DNA from: a bacterium | GTDB taxonomy: Bacteria > Elusimicrobiota > Elusimicrobia > UBA1565 > UBA9628 | Direction: 5' to 3' | Assembly (NCBI GenBank): GCA_021846045.1 | Contig: JAJZCM010000002.1 | Coordinates: 16,585 to 80,584 of the forward strand | DNA: 64,000 nt | Part shown: one piece after another, positions 10,008-17,868 of the stretch | How the letters are laid out: each line of letters starts with the position of its first letter | Numbering within the stretch: the first letter of the stretch is position 1 | Notes under the pieces: generated by a model | What the model saw: only the letters and a program-made list of their open reading frames with translations | Databases searched by the model: none | Told to the model about the DNA's origin: nothing | Made by a program: the position numbers and the translations under genes

Positions 10008-10414
10008 AACCTTACCCCCCTTATAGAAGTTTAAGCTCTGGACTTTCGTTTTAACGCTTTGTTTATTGCATCAACCGAGCAAGGGTGCAGAACCAACATC
10101 TCGGTTGCTTAGGCCAGTGTAGCCATAAGTTAAACTAAAAAACACCCAGCGTTACTACGCTACAAAAGTGGTGGGTAATGGCCGAAATACGCAACTTCTT
10201 CAACCATCCGCTTTATCCGTGAAATATCTTTTATCAATTCCTCAACACAACCTCACCCCAGGATTATAGACCCCATCTTGAACTTTTTCAAGGGGGCGAA
10301 AAATTTGCGCAACGGAAGGGTTATGAGTTAAACTAAAAAATCGCTCGGCCGGGGTGGGTCCAGGTAGGTGGGACGCGACAGGCGGAACAAAGCCGACAAT
10401 GGGAGGGAACCTAA

Positions 10415-10882
10415 GTGCATTATATTGACGACAATCTTGTGGAAGGCGAGTCCGTTATTTTTCAAACAACACTCCACTGGATAACCGCGTGTTTGCCGCT
10501 TATCGGCAGTCTGTTTTTTTGGCTCTGCGCTTGGCTCGAAATCGGTCTCAATGAGGGCTATCCTGCACTGGGCTACTTTCTAATGGGGGGCCTAATTGCC
10601 TCAGCGCCCTTCATTGCAATATCTACTTCGGAATTTGGAATTGCGACGCAAAGGGTGATGATTAAGGTCGGGCTCCTTCAGACGCATACTCTTGAGATAT
10701 TCCTGTCCAAGGTGGAGTCCATATCCGTGGACCAAACGATTGTCGGATGACTTTTAGGATATGGGACACTGGTGGTCAAAGGGACTGGCGGAACAGCAGA
10801 GCCGTTCCCATGAGTAAAAGATGCTTTTGAATTCCGCAAGAAAGTGCAAGAGCAAATTGCAAGGACGAAAACAGAAAAATGA
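10415..10882 (+). pseudogene. bPH_2 (YdbT-like bacterial PH) domain membrane protein interrupted by two in-frame TGA codons
   Basis: Two TM helices then RVMIKVGLLQTHTLEIFLSKVESISVDQTIVG-[TGA 10748]-LLGYGTLVVKGTGGTAEPFP-[TGA 10811]-VKDAFEFRKKVQEQIARTKTEK-[TGA 10880]. The conserved bPH_2 motifs continue in the same frame across both internal TGAs. Confidence 0.55.
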
Positions 10883-10966
10883 AGCTCTCAAAAAAGTTTT
10901 CTCCTCCGGGAACTCCCAGATTGCGAAGATGAGTGTGAGATGAATGAATCAAAGGAGAAAAAACGA

Positions 10967-11254
10967 ATGCCGACCTATAAAACATACACGTGCTACCAGT
11001 CCCCCATGGGACCGCACACTGTCTCTGTGCCCGAATGGCAAGAGCCGCCGGATGATATATGTCCGGAGACTGGCATCAAGAGACACAAATGGGTCATTGC
11101 CACCAATGCTCGCTCGGGAACCTGGAACTGTGGCGAATGCGCTAAGCCAATAGGAGTAAATGATTGCGTCCTCTGTGAGAATGGTTGCGGACAAAAATTC
11201 CACAAAACTTGCTTCGAAAAGCACAATCGAGGGGCGCATTCCGGGCAAGCGTAA
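10967..11254 (+). CDS. Cys-rich RING/PHD-like zinc-finger protein
   Basis: AAGGAG RBS 7 nt upstream. C-x2-C-x7-C-x2-C-x3-C-x4-H-x2-C-x3-H pattern (NCGECAKPIGVNDCVLCENGCGQKFHKTCFEKH). Same frame as the bPH_2 ORF, TAA stop. Confidence 0.45.
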   Translation: MPTYKTYTCYQSPMGPHTVSVPEWQEPPDDICPETGIKRHKWVIATNARSGTWNCGECAKPIGVNDCVLCENGCGQKFHKTCFEKHNRGAHSGQA

Positions 11255-11272
11255 AGGGTTTGAGACAATAGT

Positions 11273-11581
11273 ATGAACATAAAATCGGTTGCGCATCTAT
11301 TTGAGTCCTCAGGCACTGCTTTAGGTGCCGTAAAGGATTTGCAATGGAATGAGGGCCAACAAAAATTTGTGAAGGTCCAGAGCATAGGCGGCGCAGTGGA
11401 ACTAGTGCCCGGATTCCAAGAAAGCGGCGAAATTACTTTCTACATCAACAAACCTCTCAGCGTAGCAAAAACGTATCGGCTCAAAATGCTTAGCAAGGCC
11501 ATTCCAATTAAAATAACGCACGTGGAAGGTCCCGGTGGGGATGGATTCTATTTTGTCCGTGCCAGTCAAATGCAGGCGTAG
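11273..11581 (+). CDS. hypothetical protein
   Basis: 102-aa ORF directly downstream of the Cys-rich gene. No recognisable motif. Confidence 0.3.
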   Translation: MNIKSVAHLFESSGTALGAVKDLQWNEGQQKFVKVQSIGGAVELVPGFQESGEITFYINKPLSVAKTYRLKMLSKAIPIKITHVEGPGGDGFYFVRASQMQA

Positions 11582-11584
11582 CCC

Positions 11585-11932
11585 ATGGGCTGTTGCGTGG
11601 AATGTTTGGCGGCCTCTTGGTGGTGGATTTTTGGGGTGGCATTCAGCGCCTTTTGGAGCATTCGTAGCTGCTGTCTCTTTACGAAAGAATATCGAGATTG
11701 TGAAAAATTTTGGTGGGGTAGCTACCAATTCATTCTCAATTTTTCTTGCTCCTTTGCTGGCTGGATATGCCTTCATATTCTGGAATTACGTTTCATGTCT
11801 GTGGGTCATGTCAATCAACTTAGCTGGGCAGACTTCGCTCTGTTTTTGCTTGCCCTGCTTGGCGTTACCGGATCGCTACCACAGTTTTTAGTCAAGTTGC
11901 CGGAGGCCATTGTCAAGGCGACCAAGAGCTGA
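11585..11932 (+). CDS. hypothetical Cys/Trp-rich membrane protein
   Basis: 115-aa ORF 3 nt after the previous stop. An overlapping alternative frame (11535-11891) also looks membrane-like, so the frame assignment is uncertain. Confidence 0.25.
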   Translation: MGCCVECLAASWWWIFGVAFSAFWSIRSCCLFTKEYRDCEKFWWGSYQFILNFSCSFAGWICLHILELRFMSVGHVNQLSWADFALFLLALLGVTGSLPQFLVKLPEAIVKATKS

Positions 11933-12305
11933 ACGAAGAAATGAGGAGAACTATGCCAAGAACAAGAAGAGGGACACCACTGATCCGGAGAAAGATAGTT
12001 GAACACGTAGCCTATCCGGAATGCAAGACGGAATTAGCCGTCAGCATCAGAGTATTGAGACGCAGGTAGCCGCGCCGCGAAGTTGCCGGAGGCTGAATAC
12101 GGCCTTCAGTCAGATGAAACTTGGAGCGCACCGTGGAATCACCCCTTTCGCTTTCTTCCCTCTTGTCTTGTGATGCCGAACATACATCTCTCTCATGTAT
12201 TCCCACCTCGCATTGGGACTCATCAAAATGACCTCCCGGATCCAAAAAGAAACCTTCAGGAAGCATTATACCTCGCCCTTTTTTCGGTAACATTTTCAAA
12301 TGAGT

Positions 12306-12420
12306 TGACACGACGACATGATTTTGTGGCATACTAATTACACAACCCCCAACCCTAGTGGAAGGGGTGCGAGGCCGCTCGAAAGGACGGCTTCTGCATT
12401 TTATGAGAACATACGTTACG
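12306..12420 (+). promoter_or_regulatory. promoter + structured leader repeat A2 with truncated NYN-like start (MRTYV...)
   Basis: TTGACA...CATACT followed by a leader homologous to A1, including the GAGGCCG...CGGCTTC hairpin and T-run. ATG at 12403 opens only a 16-codon remnant. Confidence 0.45.
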
Positions 12421-12606
12421 CAGACGGTCGCAAAGACTCTTGCTTTTTTTGATACAACGAATCATCATTAGGGGAGATAAGATGACCCATCAAGAGATTT
12501 ATGAGAAGGAGTATGGCGAAAAAGGTTGGGAGAAGCTCAATTCTAGGATTAAGAAAATCTTCAAGCGTATTGATTCTTTGCCGTCTTTAAGCGACAAACA
12601 AGTTAA

Positions 12607-12831
12607 TTGATTTCGTGGGCATTGACAATCTTTATAATCTGTCTTATACTGAAGTGTATTCGACAAGGGGATGTTAACATGAGTAGCAAAAAATTCTTGA
12701 TTAGCGCGATGGGTAGAAAGAATTATCTCAACCTGTCGAAAAGCTTCAGAGAAAATATCGATCTCTTAGACAAGCTCCCACCGACCGCCAAGCCGGTCAC
12801 ATTGAAGCAGATCGAAAACGCCCTGAAATAG
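12607..12831 (+). CDS. small hypothetical protein, possible antitoxin-like partner of the PIN gene
   Basis: 74-aa ORF (the likelier start is the internal MSSKKFLISAMGRKNYLNL at 12679) ending 15 nt before the PIN gene. An extra 42-codon ORF at 12481-12609 precedes it. Confidence 0.3.
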   Translation: MISWALTIFIICLILKCIRQGDVNMSSKKFLISAMGRKNYLNLSKSFRENIDLLDKLPPTAKPVTLKQIENALK

Positions 12832-12846
12832 CGCTATACAAGAGCG

Positions 12847-13404
12847 ATGGGCCAATACTGTTACTTGTTTGATGCAAGTGCCTTGGTTGCGCTGTTGCTC
12901 AAGAATCCCGATGGCGATGTGAAAATTGCCAAAGGGAAAATTTTAAAATTGCTTGCCAATGGGCGCAAGAATGAAAATTCGCTGTTTTTCGTTCCAAATA
13001 TTTGTATGGCCGAGGTATCTTCGGCTTTGGCCAAAATTTTTCTAGCAGACGGCTATACAGAACAAAGAGAGAACTCGTATCGACAGCATGTTGAATTTCT
13101 TCTGGAGTGGGTTTCATCGAAGAAAAGGCATGTAATACAAACCTACGCTCTCAAACGCTCACATCTTGTCGATATCGAACATATTTTTATTGCCGACCGG
13201 AAGTTGCCTGGGAGAAAAGGGAACCCGCTGAGTGGGCATGATGGCATCATAATTGCCATGGGGCGTGTCCTTGGAAGAACATATGGGAACGGGAACGTAA
13301 TAATTTTAACTCTTGACGGAAGAATGGCTGACGTTTGCGTCCATAACCGGGATTTTTTCCCCCATGCCATAGACCTTGCCAGACAAGAAATTCCTGGCGC
13401 CTAG
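12847..13404 (+). CDS. PIN-domain (VapC-like) putative nuclease
   Basis: N-terminal YLFDASALVALL, later AEV and SGHDGIIIAMG acidic motifs, consistent with a PIN fold. It ends 37 nt before repeat B2. Confidence 0.5.
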   Translation: MGQYCYLFDASALVALLLKNPDGDVKIAKGKILKLLANGRKNENSLFFVPNICMAEVSSALAKIFLADGYTEQRENSYRQHVEFLLEWVSSKKRHVIQTYALKRSHLVDIEHIFIADRKLPGRKGNPLSGHDGIIIAMGRVLGRTYGNGNVIILTLDGRMADVCVHNRDFFPHAIDLARQEIPGA

Positions 13405-13441
13405 AAGTTTTGCGTTGATTGCCGCCGCTCGTATGTCTGAG

Positions 13442-13676
13442 TGGTGTCTATCCGGTGTCCATAACAGTCTAATTCCAGCAAAGAGGCGGGCTTGTGATTA
13501 TCGCATTTCCCGACGGCGGTCATAAACCGTCAGAATCGGTCAAAGTTTAGATTTCCCCTCGCCCGCTGGGGCATCTTCAAGGCCGGTTCAGGTGCGCTCG
13601 ATCTCGATTCCGAATTCCCCGTCCTCTTCGTGGACGTGAAGCGTCAGCGCCCGGCAACAGACCTGGCAGTCCTCGT
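13442..13676 (+). repeat. 235-bp perfect direct repeat, copy B2 (native 3' end and downstream region of the CPXCG gene)
   Basis: Identical to 5625-5859. Confidence 0.9.
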
Positions 13677-13902
13677 AGAGAATTTGGCCCGCGTCATCGG
13701 ATGAAACCTTGATCTCGAAGCTTTCGTCGCAGTAGGGGCATTCAACCAATACGTCTTGCTCCAAGACCTCGTCTCCGGATTGAGTGGATATTTCTTCGAG
13801 GACGGATTCGAGAACCTGTCCGTTTGAATAGGCGGGGGCTTCCGGCTGAGATTTTTGCCGCTCCTTTTTTACGTGGCCTGCGGTTTTAGTTTTGCTTTTC
13901 AT
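13588..13902 (-). CDS. CPXCG-motif cysteine-rich zinc-ribbon protein with Lys-rich N-terminal extension
   Basis: VECPYCDESFEIKV...YEDCQVCCRALTLHVHEEDGEF matches the CPXCG family. The last 28 codons lie inside repeat B2. Confidence 0.6.
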   Translation of the reverse strand: MKSKTKTAGHVKKERQKSQPEAPAYSNGQVLESVLEEISTQSGDEVLEQDVLVECPYCDESFEIKVSSDDAGQILYEDCQVCCRALTLHVHEEDGEFGIEIERT

Positions 13903-13977
13903 CTCTTCACCTCTTAGACTTTCTTCTTTTTCAAAATATAATGCACGAACTCATTTTGCGCAAGACCCAGAAAGGAC

Positions 13978-14247
13978 CTAGTGTAGCGTTCCGAAAATAA
14001 CTGGACAATGGAAGGCCTAGATTTGAGGGCAGTTCGAGGCGCGACGAGGACGCAGGCCGAGGCCTGTAACCGAGGAGCAACGAAGAAATACCCCGAAGAT
14101 AGGCCTTCCCTTCGGGTTGGGCTATTTTGCCCAGCTTCTATGTTGCTCGGCGCTTACATAGCTCAAGCTATGCTCGCTTCTCGCGCCTTGAATCTGGCCA
14201 AACTAGCCCCAACCATTGTCCAGTTATTTTCGGAACGCTACACTAGA
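13978..14247. mobile_element. MITE-like element with 34-bp perfect terminal inverted repeats
   Basis: CTAGTGTAGCGTTCCGAAAATAACTGGACAATGG at 13978-14011 is the exact reverse complement of 14214-14247. The interior is further imperfectly palindromic. No coding capacity (the 80-aa ORF 14008-14250 is spurious). Confidence 0.6.
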
Positions 14248-14282
14248 TAAAATGATAATATCGGCAAGGAGGGGGAAATTTT

Positions 14283-17006
14283 ATGTCAAAATCCAAGGAT
14301 AGTTTTAAAGCCGCGTCAATTCTCGACGTCGACGGAAAAAAATATCATTATTACGCTCTTGATGCCTTGTCCCGACAGGGCTTTGATTTATCAAGGCTCC
14401 CATTTTCCTTGAAAGTATTTTTGGAGAATCTCTTGAGGTTTGAGGACGGGCAAAACGTCAAGGCTTCCGATATCGAGGCCTTGGCCTCGTGGACAAAAAA
14501 ATCCGCGTCCGGGCGCGAGGCGTTTTTTATGCCCGCCCGCGTCTTAATGCAGGATTTTACCGGCGTTCCGGCGGTGGTGGACTTGGCTGCGATGCGGGAC
14601 GCGGTCAAAATGCGCGGCGGGGACCCGCAGGCGATTAACCCCTCGATTCCGGTCGATTTGGTCATTGACCACTCGGTCCAGGTTGATTTTTTTGGAACTG
14701 CAGATTCTCTGGCTAAAAACGCGGAGATTGAATTTTCGCGCAACCAGGAGCGCTACGCTTTCCTTAAATGGGGGCAAAAGGCGTTTCGTAATTTCCGCGT
14801 TGTTCCGCCGGAGACCGGCATCTGCCATCAAGTCAATTTGGAATATTTGGCGAAGGTCGTCTGGTCTCAAGAAATCGAAGAGAAAACCTGGGTTTATCCC
14901 GACACCTTGGTCGGCACCGATTCCCACACGACGATGATTAACGGGCTCGGCGTTTTAGGTTGGGGAGTGGGCGGAATCGAGGCCGAGGCGGCGATGTTGG
15001 GACAATCCTTGTCCATGTTGATTCCCGAGGTTGTCGGCTTTAAGCTTACCGGGCGCTTGCCAGCCGGGTCCACCGCTACCGACGCGGTTTTGACCGTCAC
15101 CGAGATGCTGCGAAAAAAAGGCGTGGTCGGGAAGTTCGTCGAATTTTACGGCCCGGGGCTTTCTTCTCTTCCGGTCGCCGACCGCGCGACCTTGGCCAAC
15201 ATGGCGCCGGAATACGGCGCGACCGCAGGCTTTTTCCCGGTTGATAGCCAGACGCTTAAATATCTTCATTTAACCGGGCGTGCGGAAAAAGAAATCGGCT
15301 TGGTTGAGGCCTATTGCAAAAAACAGGGCCTTTTTAGGGAAGACTCTTCTCTGGAACCGCATTTTTCAAGCTCTCTCTCGCTTGATTTGGGGACCGTCGA
15401 GCCTTCCGTCGCCGGGCCCAAGCGTCCGCAGGACCGCGTGGTTTTATCCGAGGTCAAGAAATCTTGGAAGGCGGCCTTGGAGGTTCTGGTTAAGGAAAAA
15501 GACAAAAAGGGAAACTTGCCCGCTCCCATGGGAACCACAGTTGAGGTTAAAGTGGGCGGGGAAACGGCGTCTCTCTCGCATGGTTCGGTCGCTATAGCGG
15601 CGATCACCTCCTGCACGAATACGTCAAACCCCGCCGTTCTTGTCGCCGCCGGGCTTCTCGCTAAAAAAGCCGTGGAGAAGGGCCTAAAAGTCAAACCTTG
15701 GGTCAAGACAAGCCTGGCCCCGGGGTCAAAAGCCGTTGCGGAATATCTTAGAGCTTCCGGGCTTTCAAAATATTTGGACGAACTCGGCTTTCAACTGGTG
15801 GGCTACGGCTGCACAACCTGCATTGGAAATTCGGGTCCCCTTCCCGAACCCGTGGCCCAGGCCGTTTCGGACAAAAATTTGATTGTCGCGGCGGTTTTAT
15901 CCGGAAACCGGAATTTCGAGGGGCGCGTCAACGCCTTGGTCAAGGCCAATTATTTAGCCTCGCCGCCCTTGGTCATCGCCTATGCCTTGGCCGGAAATAT
16001 CGAGATGGATTTAAAATCCGATCCCTTGGGAAAAGACGCCAAGGGCGCGCCGGTCTATCTCAAGGACATTTGGCCGACGCACGAGGAAGTTTCAAAAATC
16101 ATATCGGATTTCGTCCACCGGGAACTTTTCGTTAAAACCTACGCCGATGTTTTTTCCGGAGGAAAAAATTGGCGCTCGATTGAGGTTTCAAAGGGGGACG
16201 TCTACGACTGGGCGATGAGTTCGACCTACATCCGCAAGGCCCCTTATTTCGATCATTCCGAAAGCCGGGACGGAAAAGATGTCGCCGGCGCTCGGGCGCT
16301 GGCGGTTTTCGGCGATTCCATTACCACCGACCATATCTCCCCAGCCGGGTCTTTCCCGAAAGATTCTCCTGCGGGAAAATACCTGCTTGAGCGCGGTGTT
16401 GATTTTAGGGATTTCAACTCGTACGGTTCTCGGCGCGGCAACCACGATCTGATGACGCGGGGCGCTTTCGCCAACACCCGCATTAAAAACCTGATGCTCG
16501 ACATCTCCGGCGGATATTCCTTGGTTCTGCCCGAGAAAAAACAGACGACCATTTTCGAGGCCGCCGAGGAATATCTCAAGCGGAAGGTTCCGCTCATTAT
16601 TTTGGCCGGAAAAGAATACGGCTCCGGCTCCAGCCGCGACTGGGCGGGAAAAGGCCCGGCCCTTTTAGGGATAAAGGCCGTCATCGCCCAAAGTTTTGAG
16701 CGCATTCATCGCTCGAACTTGGTCGGCATGGGCATTCTGCCGCTGGAATTTTTGCCGGGCCAAAACGTCCAGTCCTTGGGCCTGACCGGCTTTGAGACCT
16801 TTTCCATTGAAGGCATCAAGGCGTTGAGCCCCAAGAAAGAGTTACGGGTCGCGGCCAAAAAAGAAGACGGAAAGACGACCGAGTTTAATGTCCTGGCCCG
16901 CATTGATACCGCAGTTGAGCTTAAGTATTGGAAGTTCGGCGGCATCTTGCCGTATGTCCTTGAGCAAATTCTTGCCCAGGGCCAAAAGGAAGCCGTGGGG
17001 GCGTAG
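14283..17006 (+). CDS. acnA: aconitate hydratase A
   Basis: 907 aa with aconitase/IRP family hallmarks (SGNRNFEGR, Cys ligand regions CTNTSNP / GCTTCIGNSGP). Confidence 0.9.
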   Translation: MSKSKDSFKAASILDVDGKKYHYYALDALSRQGFDLSRLPFSLKVFLENLLRFEDGQNVKASDIEALASWTKKSASGREAFFMPARVLMQDFTGVPAVVDLAAMRDAVKMRGGDPQAINPSIPVDLVIDHSVQVDFFGTADSLAKNAEIEFSRNQERYAFLKWGQKAFRNFRVVPPETGICHQVNLEYLAKVVWSQEIEEKTWVYPDTLVGTDSHTTMINGLGVLGWGVGGIEAEAAMLGQSLSMLIPEVVGFKLTGRLPAGSTATDAVLTVTEMLRKKGVVGKFVEFYGPGLSSLPVADRATLANMAPEYGATAGFFPVDSQTLKYLHLTGRAEKEIGLVEAYCKKQGLFREDSSLEPHFSSSLSLDLGTVEPSVAGPKRPQDRVVLSEVKKSWKAALEVLVKEKDKKGNLPAPMGTTVEVKVGGETASLSHGSVAIAAITSCTNTSNPAVLVAAGLLAKKAVEKGLKVKPWVKTSLAPGSKAVAEYLRASGLSKYLDELGFQLVGYGCTTCIGNSGPLPEPVAQAVSDKNLIVAAVLSGNRNFEGRVNALVKANYLASPPLVIAYALAGNIEMDLKSDPLGKDAKGAPVYLKDIWPTHEEVSKIISDFVHRELFVKTYADVFSGGKNWRSIEVSKGDVYDWAMSSTYIRKAPYFDHSESRDGKDVAGARALAVFGDSITTDHISPAGSFPKDSPAGKYLLERGVDFRDFNSYGSRRGNHDLMTRGAFANTRIKNLMLDISGGYSLVLPEKKQTTIFEAAEEYLKRKVPLIILAGKEYGSGSSRDWAGKGPALLGIKAVIAQSFERIHRSNLVGMGILPLEFLPGQNVQSLGLTGFETFSIEGIKALSPKKELRVAAKKEDGKTTEFNVLARIDTAVELKYWKFGGILPYVLEQILAQGQKEAVGA

Positions 17007-17073
17007 CCGGGACAATCCTGGAGCCCGAAAGCGCGCGGCTAAATTTGTCCATATTATTCTGTCACGGAGACTA

Positions 17074-17589
17074 ATGGCCCTTCCTTCCTTCGCCGCAATT
17101 GATTTCGAGACCGCCAATCCCTCGCGCGCAAGCGCCTGCGCGGTGGCGGTGGTCCGCGTGAAAAACGGGCTTATCAGCGGCCAAAAAATCCAGATTCTAA
17201 AACCCGCAGACGCAGATTTCGCGTTTACCTACATTCATGGAATCACCCCGGAAATGACGGCTCGACAACCGACTTTCGGGGATTACTGGCCGGAACTTAA
17301 AAAACAGTTGGACGGGGTTGATTTTTTGGCCGCGCACAATGCGTCTTTTGATTCTTCCGTCCTGAAGGCCTGCTGCGGGGAGGCCGGGGTGGATTGTCCC
17401 GAATATTTATTTCGCTGCACGGTTAAGGAATCTCGCCGCGCTTGGGGACTCTACCCGACCAAACTTCCCGATGTCTGCCGTCATTTGGGGATTTCTCTTA
17501 ACCATCATGACGCTCTTTCCGACGCGATGGCCTGCGCTCAAATTATGATTGAAATTTTAAAATCGCCTGCGGGGCCGGGCAGCGTTTAA
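17074..17589 (+). CDS. DEDDh 3'-5' exonuclease (DnaQ/epsilon-like)
   Basis: AIDFETANP (Exo I), FLAAHNASFD (Exo II), HHDALSDAMA (Exo III). Start taken at MALPSF rather than the longer ORF start. Confidence 0.75.
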   Translation: MALPSFAAIDFETANPSRASACAVAVVRVKNGLISGQKIQILKPADADFAFTYIHGITPEMTARQPTFGDYWPELKKQLDGVDFLAAHNASFDSSVLKACCGEAGVDCPEYLFRCTVKESRRAWGLYPTKLPDVCRHLGISLNHHDALSDAMACAQIMIEILKSPAGPGSV

Positions 17590-17608
17590 TTTTAAAAATT
17601 ATTTTTGA

Positions 17609-17824
17609 AGAACGAAGTTCTCAAAGCCAAGGGCAAAACCCGTTTTATATCTTTCCCATTATTTTAAGCGCTTTCGCGCGGACTACTACGAGCGATTGCA
17701 GGCTGTGCGCGATCAGGGCGATTGGGAGGGGTGGCTTCGCTTTTTCTTGACCGGGGTCGCGACCATTCGCAGATTTCGCTTTGAACCTTTCTTGCGCTTA
17801 TTTGAAGACGGACGCGCAAAATGA
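17609..17824 (+). pseudogene. C-terminal remnant of a Fic-family protein
   Basis: VLYLSHYFKRFRADYYERLQAVRDQGDWEGWLRFFLTGV is the conserved segment that follows the Fic HPFxDGNGR core in COG3177-type proteins. No Fic core is present upstream. Confidence 0.55.
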
Positions 17825-17868
17825 GCGACAGTGATAAACTCAAAAAGGCGGGCTAGGGGTTCTAAGAA

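Noticed and set aside
12012-12337. Overlapping ORFs 12012-12332 (minus) and 12083-12337 (plus)
   Set aside because: They are mutually exclusive and have no motifs. They sit in the decayed region upstream of repeat A2 and are most likely non-coding.
14008-14250. 80-aa ORF upstream of acnA
   Set aside because: It lies entirely within the MITE-like inverted-repeat element, and its Arg/Ala-rich sequence follows from the GC-rich palindrome. It is not coding.
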